The notes: generated by a model from the letters alone, not told the origin. Shown: positions 11,462 to 27,178, counted from the stretch's first letter. The stretch is 64,000 nucleotides of DNA from Macrostomum lignano (GCA_002269645.1 NIVC01000877.1:62001-126000), one strand, 5' to 3'. Numbers and translations are program-made.

Positions 11462-12905
11462 GGTCACGGGCTAGCCTTGGGTCACTGATGGGTCATGGGC
11501 TAGCCTTGGGTCACTGATGAGTCATGAGTTAGTTTTGGGTCACTGATGGCTCATGGGCTAGCCTTGGGTCACTGATGAGTCATGAGTTAGTTTTGGGTCA
11601 CTGATGGGTCATGGGTTAGTTTTGGGTCACTGATGGCTCATGGGTTAGTTTTGGGTCACTGATGGCTCATGGGCTAGCCTTGGGTCACTGATGAGTCATG
11701 AGTTAGTTTTGGGTCACTGATGGGTCATGGGCTAGCCTTGGGTCACTGATGAGTCATGAGTTAGTTTTGGGTCACTGATGGGTCATGGGTTAGTTTTGGG
11801 TCACTGATGGCTCATGGGCTAGCCTTGGGTCACTGATGAGTCATGAGTTAGTTTTGGGTCACTGATGGGTCATGGGCTAGCCTTGGGGCACTGATGAGTC
11901 ATGAGCTAGTTTTGGGTCACTGATGGGTCATGGGCTAGCCTTGGGTCACTGATGAGTCATGAGTTAGTTTTGGGTCACTGATGGGTCATGGGCTAGCCTT
12001 GGGTCACTGATGAGTCATGAGTTAGTTTTGGGTCACTGATGGCTCATGGGCTAGCCTTGGGTCACTGATGAGTCATGAGTTAGTTTTGGGTCACTGATGG
12101 GTCATGGGTTAGTTTTGGGTCACTGATGGCTCATGGGTTAGTTTTGGGTCACTGATGGCTCATGGGCTAGCCTTGTGTCACTAATGAGTCATGAGTTAGT
12201 TTTGGGTCACTGATGGGTCATGGGCTAGCCTTGGGTCACTGATGAGTCATGAGTTAGTTTTGGGTCACTGATGGGTCATGGGTTAGTTTTGGGTCACTGA
12301 TGGCTCATGGGCTAGCCTTGGGTCACTGATGAGTCATGAGTTAGTTTTGGGTCACTGATGGGTCATGGGTTAGTTTTGGGTCACTGATGGCTCATGGGCT
12401 AGCCTTGGGTCACTGATGAGTCATGAGTTAGTTTTGGGTCACTGATGGGTCATGGGTTAGTTTTGGGTCACTGATGGCTCATGGGTTAGTTTTGGGTCAC
12501 TGATGGCTCATGGGCTAGCCTTGGGTCACTGATGAGTCATGAGTTAGTTTTGGGTCACTGATGGGTCATGGGCTAGCCTTGGGTCACTGATGAGTCATGA
12601 GTTAGTTTTGGGTCACTGATGGGTCATGGGCTAGCCTTGGGTCACTGATGAGTCATGAGTTAGTTTTGGGTCACTGATGAGTCATGAGTTAGTTTTGGGT
12701 CACTGATGGGTCATGGGTTAGTTTTGGGTCACTGATGGGTCATGAGTTAGTTTTGGGTCACTGATGGGTCATGGGTTAGTTTTGGGTCACTGAAGGGTCA
12801 TGGGTTAGCCTTGGGTCACTGATGGGTCATGGGTTAAGCATTGGGTCACTGAAGAGTCATGGGATGGTATTGGGTCACTGATAGGTGAAGAGGTCTTGGG
12901 TCGCT
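11462..12905. repeat. 29-bp minisatellite, about 50 copies, with alternating variants
   Basis: GGGTCACTGATGGGTCATGGGCTAGCCTT and GGGTCACTGATGAGTCATGAGTTAGTTTT. Confidence 0.96.
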
Positions 12906-12980
12906 GAAGGTTCATGGGGTGGGTAGCATGTCGCAAAGAAGCCTTGGACTAATTCTGAGTTTATCAGGCGGCTAGGTCAC

Positions 12981-13383
12981 TGAATTGATCGACAAGGTCG
13001 CACATGCTCAGACAGGCGCTCAGCAGGTGCGCCAGCTCACTGGCACTGTCGATGTGCAGGCGGAACCGACAAGCCGGACAGGCGGCCAGGCCACCGGCTT
13101 GATCAATCTCAGCCAGCAAGTGAACCGCTTGACAACCGTTGCCAGGGCAGCGAACCCAGAGCAGCGGGCGCAGGTCCCGCCACAAGGCTCGATCCTTGCG
13201 CATGGCAACTAGGATTCCCGCAGCGCAGCAGCACTCAGCGCAGACACGCTGGCCGTCTGCGGTCTGGCAAGGCGGCTCAGCAAACAGCTGTGCACACTTG
13301 AAGCAGAAATAGCGTTCCAGGTTGGGTGCAGTGCCTCGCAGCTCCAGATATGGGCGCAAGATAAAACTTAGCATCGGCTTCAT
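12981..13383 (-). CDS. TRAF-like RING/zinc-finger protein, coding exon 1
   Basis: ERYFCFKCAQLFAEPPCQTADGQRVCAEC and KDRALWRDLRPLLWVRCPGNGC resemble the TRAF RING and following zinc finger; if unspliced the ORF stops at 12964. Confidence 0.65.
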
Positions 13384-13433
13384 TGCTTCTGCTTGAACTG
13401 GAATTGAAATATAAATTTAATAAATTTTTACAT

Positions 13434-13727
13434 GGCAGAGGTTTTAGCCTAGTGGTTAGAGCATCGGACTCACGACTGAAAGGTCAGGGGTTCGATTCTC
13501 GACTCACTCGGAACTAATTGTTTTTGAGAAAGACACTTAACATTGCTTCAGTCACTTAGCTGTAAAATGGGTACCCGCATTAGCTGGGGCAATTGAGGGT
13601 GTGTGGCGATCCCCCAGTCTTTGGACTGAACAGCCGTACGCAGCCTTCAGATGCGCCGCGCAATAACTGCGGCTGAGCTGTCGGTTGCACATCTGGTCAT
13701 TAGGGCAGGTGTAATCAATTATTATTA
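13434..13727 (+). mobile_element. tRNA-derived SINE
   Basis: A box TAGCCTAGTGG, B box GGTTCGATTC, central CACTTAAC...CAGTCACTTAGCTGTAAAATGGGTACC segment, (ATT)n tail. Confidence 0.8.
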
Positions 13728-16158
13728 CGAGAGCTGTCCATTAAGTTGTGACACTTTTAATCCCAGAGCAAAAACAGTAGCAGCTGCAAGCACAAATTTG
13801 GTGTCATTTTAAAGCGGCACATCTTTTCTTTCCAATTAATTCAGTCTTGTGAATTTTTGTCATTTCATTCAAAGTTGTGTGAAAAAGCATCACAATGCCA
13901 CTGATAGTCTTACAGTAAAGTTTAAAAATATGAAAAGCGATATTTTGTCCACATAGAAACGAATTCTGGTAATCATCATCATTATCAACCTTCAAGGCAG
14001 CCTTCTCAACGGGGGGCGCTTCATAAGACCTAAATTTCACAACGCCTAAAAATCTGCATGCTCTTACATATCGCGTAAATTTTATTACAACACCTAAAAC
14101 TGAATATGAAGGAGAGAAGCAGAGATTTTAGGCGATATGAAATTTAAGCGTTGTGAAGTATCGTGGTTTTAGGCGTGAAATTTAGTTCATTTGAAAGCGT
14201 CCCTCTCAACGTAGTCTCCACCTGTAGCAACACACTTTTCCCATCGCTTGAGCATTCCATTAATCCGTCAGAATAGCAGTCTTGAAAGACCATGGGAGAG
14301 AATGCGCCGAACCTTGTCTTCCAAATGATCCCTGCTGGACTTAACTTTTCTCTTTTCCCTCTCCTCTCCCCTCCCTTCTCTCCTCCCTTCTCTCCTCTCC
14401 CCTCTCTTCTCTCCTCTCCCCACTCTTCTCTCCTCTCCCCTCCCTTCTCTCCTCTCTTCTCTCCTCTCCCCTCCCTTCTCTCCTCTCCCCTCTCTTCTCT
14501 CCCCTCTTCTCTCCCCTCCCTTCTTTCCTCTCCCCTCTCTTCTCTCCTCTCCTCTCCCCTCCCTTCTCTCCTCTCCCCTCTTCTCTCCCCTCCCTTCTCT
14601 CCTCTCCCCTCTCTTCTCCCTCCCTTCTCTCCTCTCCCCTCCCTTCTCTCCTCTCCCTTCTCTCCTCTCCCCTCTCTTCTCTCCTCCCTTCTCTCCTCTC
14701 CCCTCTCTTCTATCCTCCCTTCTCTCCTCTCCCCTCTCTTCTCTCCTCCCTTCTCTCCTCTCCTCCCTTCTCTCCTCTCCCCTCCCCTCTCCTCTCCCTT
14801 CTCTCCTCTCCCCTCTTCTCTCCCCTCCCTTCTCTCCTCTCCCCTCCCTTCTCTCCTCTCCCCTCTCTTCTCTCCTCTCCCCTCTCTTCTCCCCTCCCTT
14901 CTCTCCTCTCCCCTCTCTTCTCTCCTCTCCCCTCCCTTCTCTCCTCTCCCCTCTCTTCTCTCCTCCCTTCTCTCCTCTCCCCTCTCTTCTCTTCTCCCTT
15001 CTCTCCTCTCCCCTCTTCTCTCCCCTCCCCTCTTCTCTCCCCTCCCTTCTCTCCTCTCCCCTCTCTTCTCTCCTCCCTTCTCTCCTCTCCCCTCTCTTCT
15101 CTCCTCCCTTCTCTCCTCTCCCCTCTCTTCTCTCCTCCCTTCTCTCCTCTCCTCCCTTCTCTCCTCTCCACTCCCTTCTCTCCTCTCCCCTCCCCTCTCC
15201 TCTCCCTTCTCCTCTCCGCTCCCTTCTCTCCTCTCCCCTCTCTTCTCTCCTCTCTTCCCTTCTCTCCTCTCCTCTCCCCTCTTCTCTCCTCTCCCCTCTC
15301 TTCTCTCCTCCCTTCTCTCCTCTCCCCTCCCCTCTCCTCTCCCTTCTCTCCTCTCCCTTCTCTCCTCTCCCCTCCCTTCTCTCCTCTCCCCTCTCTTCTC
15401 TCCTCCCTTCTCTCCTCTCCCCTCTCTTCTCCCCTCCCTTCTCTCCTCTCCCCTCTCTTCTCTCCTCCCTTCTCTCCTCTCCCCTCCCCTCCCTTCTCTC
15501 TCCTCCCTTCTCTCCTCTCCCCTCTTCTCTCCCCTCCCTTCTCTCCTCTCCCCTCCCTTCTCTCCTCTCCCCTCTTCTCTCCCCTCCCTTCTCTCCTCTC
15601 CCCTCTCTTCTCTCCTCTCCCCTCTCTTCTCTCCTTCCTTCTCTCCTCTCCCCTCCCTTCTCTCCTCTCCGCTCCCTTCTCTCCTCTCCCCTCTCTTCTC
15701 TCCTCTCTCCTCTCTCCTCTCTCCTCTCTTCTCTCCTCCCTTCTCTCCTCTCCCCTCCCTTCTCTCCTCTCCCCTCTTCTCTCCCCTCCCTTCTCTCCTC
15801 TCCCCTCTTCTCTCCCCTCCCTTCTCTCCTCTCCCCTCTCTTCTCTCCTCTCCCCTCTCTTCTCTCCTCCCTTCTCTCCTCTCCCCTCCTCTCCCCTCCC
15901 TTCTCTCCTATCCCCACTCCTCTCCTGTCCCCTCCCTTCTCTCCTCTCACCTCCTTTTCTCTCCTTACTGTAAGACTATCAGTGGCATTGCGATGCTTTT
16001 TCACATACAAATTTTGAATGAAATGACCAAAATACACGCGACTGAATTCATTGGAAAGAAGAGATGTGCCGCTTTAAAATGACACCAAATTTGTGCTTGC
16101 AGCTGCTACTGTTTTTGCTCTGGGATTAAAAGTGTCACAACTTTATGGACACCCATCG
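13728..16158. mobile_element. Non-autonomous mariner-type element with about 190-bp TIRs and TA TSD
   Basis: TA|CGAGAGCTGTCCATTAAGTTGTGACAC ... GTGTCACAACTTTATGGACACCCATCG|TA; TIRs about 13728-13918 and 15965-16158. Confidence 0.85.
14350..15962. repeat. Pyrimidine-only (CT) degenerate repeat inside the mariner element
   Basis: Iterated CTCTCCTCTCCCCTCTCTTCT units. Confidence 0.95.
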
Positions 16159-16904
16159 TATTATATCGTGGCAAAAATATATTGCAAGAATCTAATATCA
16201 GTCAATTGTTCCATGCTAAACTTCAACTATGCAGGGGATATGCTAGAAATAGTGATACAGTTTAATGCATTTTATGACATACTTTTAAGCTGTAGGCCTT
16301 ACAAACAGTGAATAAATAGAAATCTGCTAATGTTTGCTATTAGAAACATTTTAAAAAAGGTTCTACCTTAGTAAATAAACTAGAAATGCAAGTATCCACC
16401 AAAATATTTAAGATAAATAGTAAATAATAATGTTTCTTACTACTCAATATAGTTGACTGATAGATAAAAATATAAGCTATTTCCCACTCCAAAATGACTG
16501 TTTTTGTGGGTGATTCAATGTAGAATGACCAAATTTCCCATACAGAAATATGAGCACTGGCCCAAAGAAAAACCTTCCTACCTATATAATTCATTATAGA
16601 ATTGCTATGGTAAAATGCTTTCATGTAAAGGTTCATTAGGAAATTTCTAGGATGTCAAGGCTTGGGAGAATAGATATAATGCTAAGTGATTCCTAGGGAG
16701 AATTATTGAGATATCAAGGCTTACAGGGGAATTACAAAGATACCAATACTCATGAAAGGATTGCTGAAATGCTATGGCTCATAGAAGGGTTGCTAAGATG
16801 CCAAGGGCCAATTGGAAGTTATTATTAGACCCAGCTAAAGATAGATCAAAAAGAGTGGCTATGATGTCAAAGCTCATAGGGACTAGTGAGTACTGATATC
16901 TTTC

Positions 16905-17060
16905 GCCTAGTGGCTAAAATGTCTAATCTTACAACTTGAGGATCTGAGGATCTTGAGGATTTGAGGTTCAATTCCCAATCCTACTAGAACAATTTGTTTC
17001 CTTGAGCAAGATACTTAACTTTACATTGCTTTAGTTCACCCAGCTATAAAATTATAATAA
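16905..17060 (+). mobile_element. Degenerate copy of the tRNA-derived SINE
   Basis: GCCTAGTGG...GGTTCAATTCC...CCTTGAGCAAGATACTTAAC...CACCCAGCTATAAAAT. Confidence 0.55.
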
Positions 17061-17821
17061 AACTATAAATAAAATTAGATTAGATGGCTTTTAAGGCTAA
17101 TGTTTTTTGCCTTAAACATTTTTTCCTTTGTATATATATTAACAAAAACAGATATAAAAGGTTAAAATCTATGCTGTTTATTCTTTTTTCTTGTCTTTAT
17201 TGCTTTCTAAATAAGGGATAGAGATTACTAGCTAGTCCTACCTATACCTATAACTTTTTGAAACCCATCCAATTAGAATTAAAAAACCTGTACCAACAAG
17301 GAATTTTTAATTGTAGAATCTTCTAAAGATTTATTAAACTTTATTCATAACTTTTAGCTATATACATTATTTTTAGTATTTTTATTTAAATAAAAATATT
17401 ATTAAGTAAGTTTAAAACAATTTTAAATGACTACTTTTAGTCTGTACTTGAGTATACACCCCAAAATTATTATAAGATCTCATATATAAAAGGCCCATCT
17501 TCCAAATGGTGTAAAATACATTCCTTTGTTGTAGCATTATTTTGTTTAATTTGGTTTTAATTCTAAGAAATTTAACAAATTTGTCATACTCAAATGTTAG
17601 TCTTATGGATTGGCCAAGTCATTATCATCATATAACAATTATGACCATACCTAGCTAGCAACACATAAAATATTGGATCAAGTATTGGAAATATTAGAGA
17701 AATATACAAAGGAGATTCAGAGAGAGAAGAGCCATGGCCCTCTGATCTAGGTGATGCCCTAAAAACTAGAGAAAAATTACAGGTACCTTAGACTAGTCAG
17801 GCCATACATTAGATGCTACCA

Positions 17822-18612
17822 GGCCCATTCCATATAAGATAGACATATTTGGAAAATAGAAAAAAGTCAATATTTTTGCTTGTCATTGCCTTATCAGCCA
17901 ATTCTTTTTACCAAATCTTTTTTATATGTAATGCATACAATCTAAGAATAAATAAATGATAAAATGTTGGATTAGTATGTTATCAATTGGCAAAAAGTTA
18001 TTTTTGTAAAAAAATTGGACATTTTCTAAGCAAAAGACATCATTAAGTTTTTGTACCTTTTAAAAACAAATAGAAAGCTTTAGAAGGTTAAAACAAACTA
18101 TATATAAAATTATAGTACTTGCATTATCAGATAAAACATTAGCAACCATATAATTTATTATATATTTAATATATTAGTACCTCAAAGTTACTGAATTGAC
18201 AGAAAAAATATGTTACAACCATAATGTTATAACCATAAGGCTGCCTTTTCTTTTGTATCTTTGTTGCCTTTTTGAGTTTATATATTCTAATAAAAGAGTA
18301 TGACTTCTAAAGATGTTCTTAGTCAAATTTAAAAAAAAATTATTGCAAAATATCAAAAATGAAAAATGTTATAAGACTTTTACCTTTTAGTTTCTATATG
18401 TCAAAAATCCTGTTGTTACGACCATAAGTGCCATTCAAGGTTTAATAACATCTATAATAATGATGATATCTATATGAAACTTTATAAACATATTCTTGAT
18501 GAAAATCTTTCATTCAAAATATTGGTTTAGGGTAGTATATTCTATTATTAGATTTCATTTTATAAGTAAAAATAGTCTGTCATGTTACGACCATAATTAT
18601 ATGGAATGGCCC
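17822..18612. mobile_element. MITE-like element with about 16-bp TIRs and 4-bp TSD (Sola-like by TSD length, inferred)
   Basis: ACCA|GGCCCATTCCATATAA ... TTATATGGAATGGCCC|ACCA; internal TGTTACGACCATAA repeats. Confidence 0.55.
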
Positions 18613-19293
18613 ACCAGAATCATACATTCCTCTACTAGCAAACTGATAGTAGACTGCTATTATAATAGACTAACTATTCTGTGGGCTTGTTAATGTGTTA
18701 CAATCATTTTGGCCAAAAGTTATTTCAGTGAAAGTCATTTTGGGGAAATTCATTTTGGCAAAAAGTTTTCACTAAAAAAAGAAGGTCCTATATAGTTATA
18801 GTGTATTACCAGTGTTGGGCAAAGTTCTGGCACTTCTGGCACTTTGAGTACCAGAAGTTACTTTTTTTTAAGCAGCACTTTTTTCTGGTTCTTTTTTTTA
18901 GAATGCCAGACTTTGGTAATGGAAGTTACTTTTTGATAAGTCCAGTCCTCTGGTACTTGAAAATGAAATTTTAGATGCCAAACAGCCAATTTAGCACTAA
19001 ATATTTCCCAACAGCACAAAACTTTTACCAATATACTCATAGTGCAATTATAAAAAGGTAAAAAAGATGATCCTAGATCATGTGGTTTTTACTATAAGTT
19101 TTAAGAGTGCAGTGAATACATACCAACCAATTGCGCACCAAAGCAATCAGTTGTCACTCATGTCACTTTAAAGTTTGCACACTTGTTGCACACAATATTA
19201 CTGAAAAATTCCCCAAATTAACAACATTTGAATTTTATCTGTCACCATTTTACACGCATTAGTAAGCTTTTTGCCAGATTGACTTTTTTAAAT

Positions 19294-20441
19294 ACCTTTG
19301 GGAGCACAGACCTGACGACCAAGTCGAAAGCCTTGAAATCTATGAAGATAACAATCAGGATTGACTGGCATATCCATGCTTCCTTGATGACTCGCCGAAT
19401 AACCAGGATCTGCGTCACTGTGTTGCAATGGGGCCGGAAGCCATTCTGCTCAGGATGCAGGTACAGATCCAGCACAGGCTGCAACCCCGATAACAGCATC
19501 CAGTTGAACAGCCTCGCAGTGCAGGACTGAAGGCAGCAGTGTGACCACCAAAAATTACAAGAAAAAATTAGCGCAGCACAAAAAATAGTGCAGGCAAAAT
19601 CAAACAACAAAAACCATTTGGAAAAACCATTTTGCAGCAAAGTTATAGACCAGCTAGCTGACCAGCATACATAATCAAAATGAGGCATCAATATCAACAT
19701 GAATTCACATCAAGTATTGAGCTGCATTTGAAGCGTTTGGAAGAAATGGGGGGAGACAACCTTTTAGAATGCATATAAGGTAATATAACTCAATGTTTTG
19801 AAGCATTTTTTGGATACTTCATTTTGTATATTTCATTTAAAACAACAAAATTACAGTGTAAAGCAAAAATAGCACAGATACATTAAATAGCGCAGAAAAT
19901 AGAGCAATAGCACAGCCAAGCAAAAATAGTGCAGCTGCGCTAAAATAGCGCAGCGGTGGTGACACTGGAAGGCAGATACCTCAATGTTCCTCAAGCCTCA
20001 TGTGATGCCTCGCCTATGGTGATCAAGACTGTCTTGCTGTACAATGCCAGGACCTGGACACTGACGGAGTTGCTTGAGCAACAAGTTGACATTGCACACA
20101 CTGGCCTGCTGCGCGATAACTTCAAGATCGGCTACAAGTGAGTGACCAATGCGGCTTTGTATTGCCATGCTGGCCTGGGCCATCCAAGCAACCTGTTGCG
20201 CCATCAGCAACTCTAGCTGGCAGGCCACATCATCTGTGCCAAGTCATACTGCCCAGAACCAATGCAGGAGGTGCTGTTGACGCTGCAGGCACCCCACTGG
20301 CAGGGGCAGGTGCACACTTAGCATTTCATCAATTGCCTGCTGGCTGACCTCAGCACCCCAGATTTGGCCAGCAGTGTGGCGTTCATTTGTGACCTGACCT
20401 TGCAAAACACCCTGTGACACAAACTGCATATTCTGTTGTTG
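19294..20441. pseudogene. Decayed RTE-clade retroposon (minus-strand RT fragment plus plus-strand 3' end); older duplicate of 36646-38344
   Basis: LFNWMLLSGLQPVLDLYLHPEQNGFRPH (minus) and VIKTVLLYNARTWTL (plus); same 3' junction GTTGT-TAAGACATGG. Confidence 0.85.
19537..19967. mobile_element. hAT-type MITE, 431 bp, nested in the RTE fragment
   Basis: TIRs CAGTGTGACCACC / GGTGGTGACACTG; perfect 8-bp TSD GAAGGCAG. Confidence 0.9.
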
Positions 20442-20969
20442 TAAGACATGGATTATTGTACTAGCTTAAAAAGGGATGATTGTACTACATGAAGAAAGAA
20501 AATTTGCACTTGTTGAGAAAAGGATTATTGCACTAGCTGAAAAAATTGTTACAATAGCTACTTGCTATTTGGGAGATACTTGCTATTTAGAGAGTTTGCT
20601 ACTATTAGGATACTTAGGGGGATGCAAGCTATTTAAGTAGGGTGCTTGCTATTGAAGGGGGATGCTTGTTCTAAGGGGAGATATCTGAACTGAAGGATGC
20701 TAACATAAATGCGTAACTGCCGGTCAACCTGACTGATCTTGCCATATATACCCGACACCTATCTGACCCAGATGGGTGAAATGGCTGCTAGCTAAGGTAA
20801 GTTGCAAAATCGAAAATGAGAAAAATGAAAAATTGGGGAAAGATAGAAAGGAGAGGAAGAGAGAAGGAAAAGAAAGGAGGGAGAAGAGAGAGGGGGAAAA
20901 GAGGAAAGAAAAAGAGAAAGAGAAGAAAAAGAGAAAAAGGCAAGAAAAGTCATATAGAAAGTAAAAATT

Positions 20970-21185
20970 AAGTTGCAATTGGGGGAACTAAGTTGCAATT
21001 GAGAGGAACTAAGTTGCAATTGAGAGGAAATAAGTTGCTATTGAGAGGAACAAAGTTGCAATTGAGAGGAAATAAGTTGCAATTGAGAGGAACTAAGTTG
21101 CAATCAGGGGAACTAAGTTGCAATTGAGAGGAACTAAGTTGCCATTGGGAGGAACTAAGTCATAATCAGGAGGAACTAGTTGCAA
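20970..21185. repeat. 21-bp tandem repeat (AAGTTGCAATTGAGAGGAACT)
   Basis: About 10 copies visible. Confidence 0.9.
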
Positions 21186-21500
21186 ATCTGGACAAAACTA
21201 AGTCATACTGGACAGGTAAAATTTTGAGGTTGGGCATGCATAGATCCTGCGATCGTAAATTGTGGTAGACCAAGGGTAAATTGCAAAAATATCTACCCAA
21301 AAATATAGATATACTAGCATTTTTACTAGTAGTAGACTATATAATACACTGTTATTACCTTTAAAAAGTAATTTTCCTATATTTCTACTAATAAGTAGAA
21401 TACTTAATAAAAGTTCATTATTATTAACTTTGTGCCTGCAGTACACTATTATTTCTACTGTAAGTAGAGTATTAAGAAAATCCACCCATTTATAATTGCA

Positions 21501-24559
<3,059 letters not shown>

Positions 24560-27178
24560 CAAGCTGTTGAAACCCGCGGATTTTGAACCCGGGGAATTCC
24601 AATACCCAGAACTACTTTTGCATGTATTCTGAAGTCTAAGGCCATACACAAACAAAAACTTGTTAATAGTTAGTAGGATGGAGCACATTCGTGTAAAATT
24701 AGGGTTTGAGACATTGTTGGCTGGGGTACTGCGCAGAATGGCAGGCAATGTCTGTCTGACTCTAAAACATACGACGTATATTGCTAAACTCTGGTCTCTC
24801 CCTGACTCTCCCTACGTCCCTTGGATCCTTTAAAATTTCTATCGTCTCTTTGTTTCCTCTCATCTCTCTCGTCCCTCGTCTCTCCTCTCTCCTCTCTCCC
24901 CTCTTCTCTCGTATCTTCCCTCATCTCTCTTCTCTTTCATCTCTCTTATCTCATCTCTTGTCTCTTTTCTCTCTCCTCTCCTCTCTCCTCTCTACTTTTT
25001 CGTTTTCTCTCTCCTCTCCTCTCTCCTCTCTCTCCCTCTCCTCTCTCCTCTCACCCCCTCTTCTCTCTTATCTTCCTTCTCCTTTCTATTCTTTTCTCTC
25101 TTCTGGCAACTCTCTCCTCTACTCTCTCATCTCTCCCCTCTTCTCTCGTCTCTTCCCTCACTTCTATTCTCTCGTCTTTGCTCTCTCATCTTTCCTTTCT
25201 CTTCTTTTATCTTTTCTCTCTTATCTCTTCTCATTTCTCTCTGCTCCCCCTCTCTCTCTCACTCTCTCTCTCTCTCTCTCTTCTCTGTTATCTCTCCTCC
25301 TCTCTCTACTCTCTCCCCTCTCCATTCTCCTCTTTCCTCTCCTCTCTCCTCACTCACTTCTCTACCTTTGTCTCTCCTCTCTCCTCTCGTCTCTGTAACC
25401 TCTCCTCTGTTCTCTCTACTCTCCCATCTTTTATCTGTTCACTCTCGTCTCTGCTCTCTCATCCACCTCTTTAATCTGGCATCTCTGTCTTATATGTTCT
25501 CTCACCTCTCTCCTCTGTACTCTTTTCTTTCCCCTCTTTTGACTCCTCACTTTCCTTTCTCCTTTCTTCTTTTCTCTTTTCTTCCCTTTTCTATACTCTG
25601 TCTCCCTCTCTTCTCTCACTCCACTCTCCTCTCCGTTATCTCTCATCTCTCATTTCTCATCTCTCCTTCCACCTCTCTCATCTCTTCTTTCACCTGTTTC
25701 CTCTCTGCTCTCCTCTCTGCTGTCTGCTGTCTGCTCTCTCATCTCATCTGCAGCTCTCTGCTCTCTCATCTCTACTCTCTCCTCTCGCTTTTCCTCTCTC
25801 CCCTCTTCCCCCTCTCTCTCATCGTCCTCACCCCTTATCTCTCCTATTATCTTTTATCTTTTCTTTTATCCCCTCTGTCGCCTCTCCTCTCTTCGAATCG
25901 TCTATTCCTTCTTCTTTCCACTTTCATCTGCCCCTCAGCTATGAGCTGGATTCTTTATCTGGCCTTTGAGATAAAAGTCTGCCCATCCCTGCTTGGAAAG
26001 CCAGTTTGTGGGACGTAGTACTCTCATGGCTGTTCTCATGCTTTGATCACGTCATCATTCTTGCCAATTTGCAGCCCTGAAAGGAATTTGTGTATCTTCA
26101 GCTCCACTGCAGTCTGCATCAGTCTAACAACCAAGGAAATATGCATTTCTTAGGAGGCCATTTAATATTTACACAGTACCTTTAAAAGAAACCTAAAAAT
26201 TCCATGGTGTGCCTAATTTAGTAGGGTTGTATTGCATTGCATCGCATCGCCTTTTCATAAATCTTTCGCTTTTACAAACCATGCTGGATTCCCTCGATTT
26301 GCCAATTGCCATCCACTGTTAAACTGCTGCAGAGTTTGCCTATACAGAGGGGAGGGCAGTGGTTAGAATTTCTCACTAAACTGTTATGGCTAAACGTAGC
26401 CTCTCCACTCTCGGGGTGCAGAGAAGGCTATAAATAAAGTTATTCCAAAACACTGTACATTTGCTATGTACATTCAGTCCTATCGCCTGACCCTTCGTCT
26501 GGCTCTGGGGCAATGAGTGAGTGAGTGGCACAAACAACAGAAAAAGCAGACAAACTTCACATGCTTACAGTTTCTTTTTCGGTTGAGTTACAGAGTTGAA
26601 ACTTTAGATTTAGATAGAGAATTGGTCAGTGAAGAATTGTGTCAAGTTTGAAGTCAATCGCTTTACGTGGAGCAAACTTATGGCAGCTGAAAGTTAGTCA
26701 ATTTTGAAACCCTTTTACACATCTGGGCCCAGATCGGGAAAGAGAGGCAGGCGGGCGGAGGTTGGGGTGGCTGCCTCGCTGAAAAAAACAGCCTAACTTT
26801 AAAAGTGCACACAGCCGTTCAGGATTCATTTTGAGACTTGAAATTTTACACGATTGTGCCAAAATAGTTTAAGATTATCTGTGTCAAATTTGAAGAGAAT
26901 CGGTAGAAGTGGAGCGGCGCTATGGAGGATTTAGTGAAAAAATCGCGCATTTTGAGCAGTTTTGTGCACTTTTAGGTAGGAAGACTCAAATTTAGGAAAT
27001 TTAAAGGTAGCCTAAGACATTCTCCGTAGTGAGTTTAGGGTGGGTGTAAAGTTTGGTGTCATTTGGTTGAGCGGTTTGGGAGTCCATAGCGATCAAAATT
27101 GTCCACACACAGACACACACACACACAGACACACACACACACACAGACACACAGAGTTTTGATTTTTATAGTTAGAGA
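24560..27178 (+). mobile_element. Helentron/HINE-like unit 2 (head-to-tail)
   Basis: Same head, CT-rich core and tail as unit 1. Confidence 0.6.

Noticed and set aside
13434-13510. Functional tRNA gene
   Set aside because: A and B boxes are present, but I found no paired acceptor stem and the sequence continues into a SINE body and tail.
18811-19016. hAT-like fragment starting CAGTGTTGGG
   Set aside because: The right TIR is too degenerate and there is no TSD.
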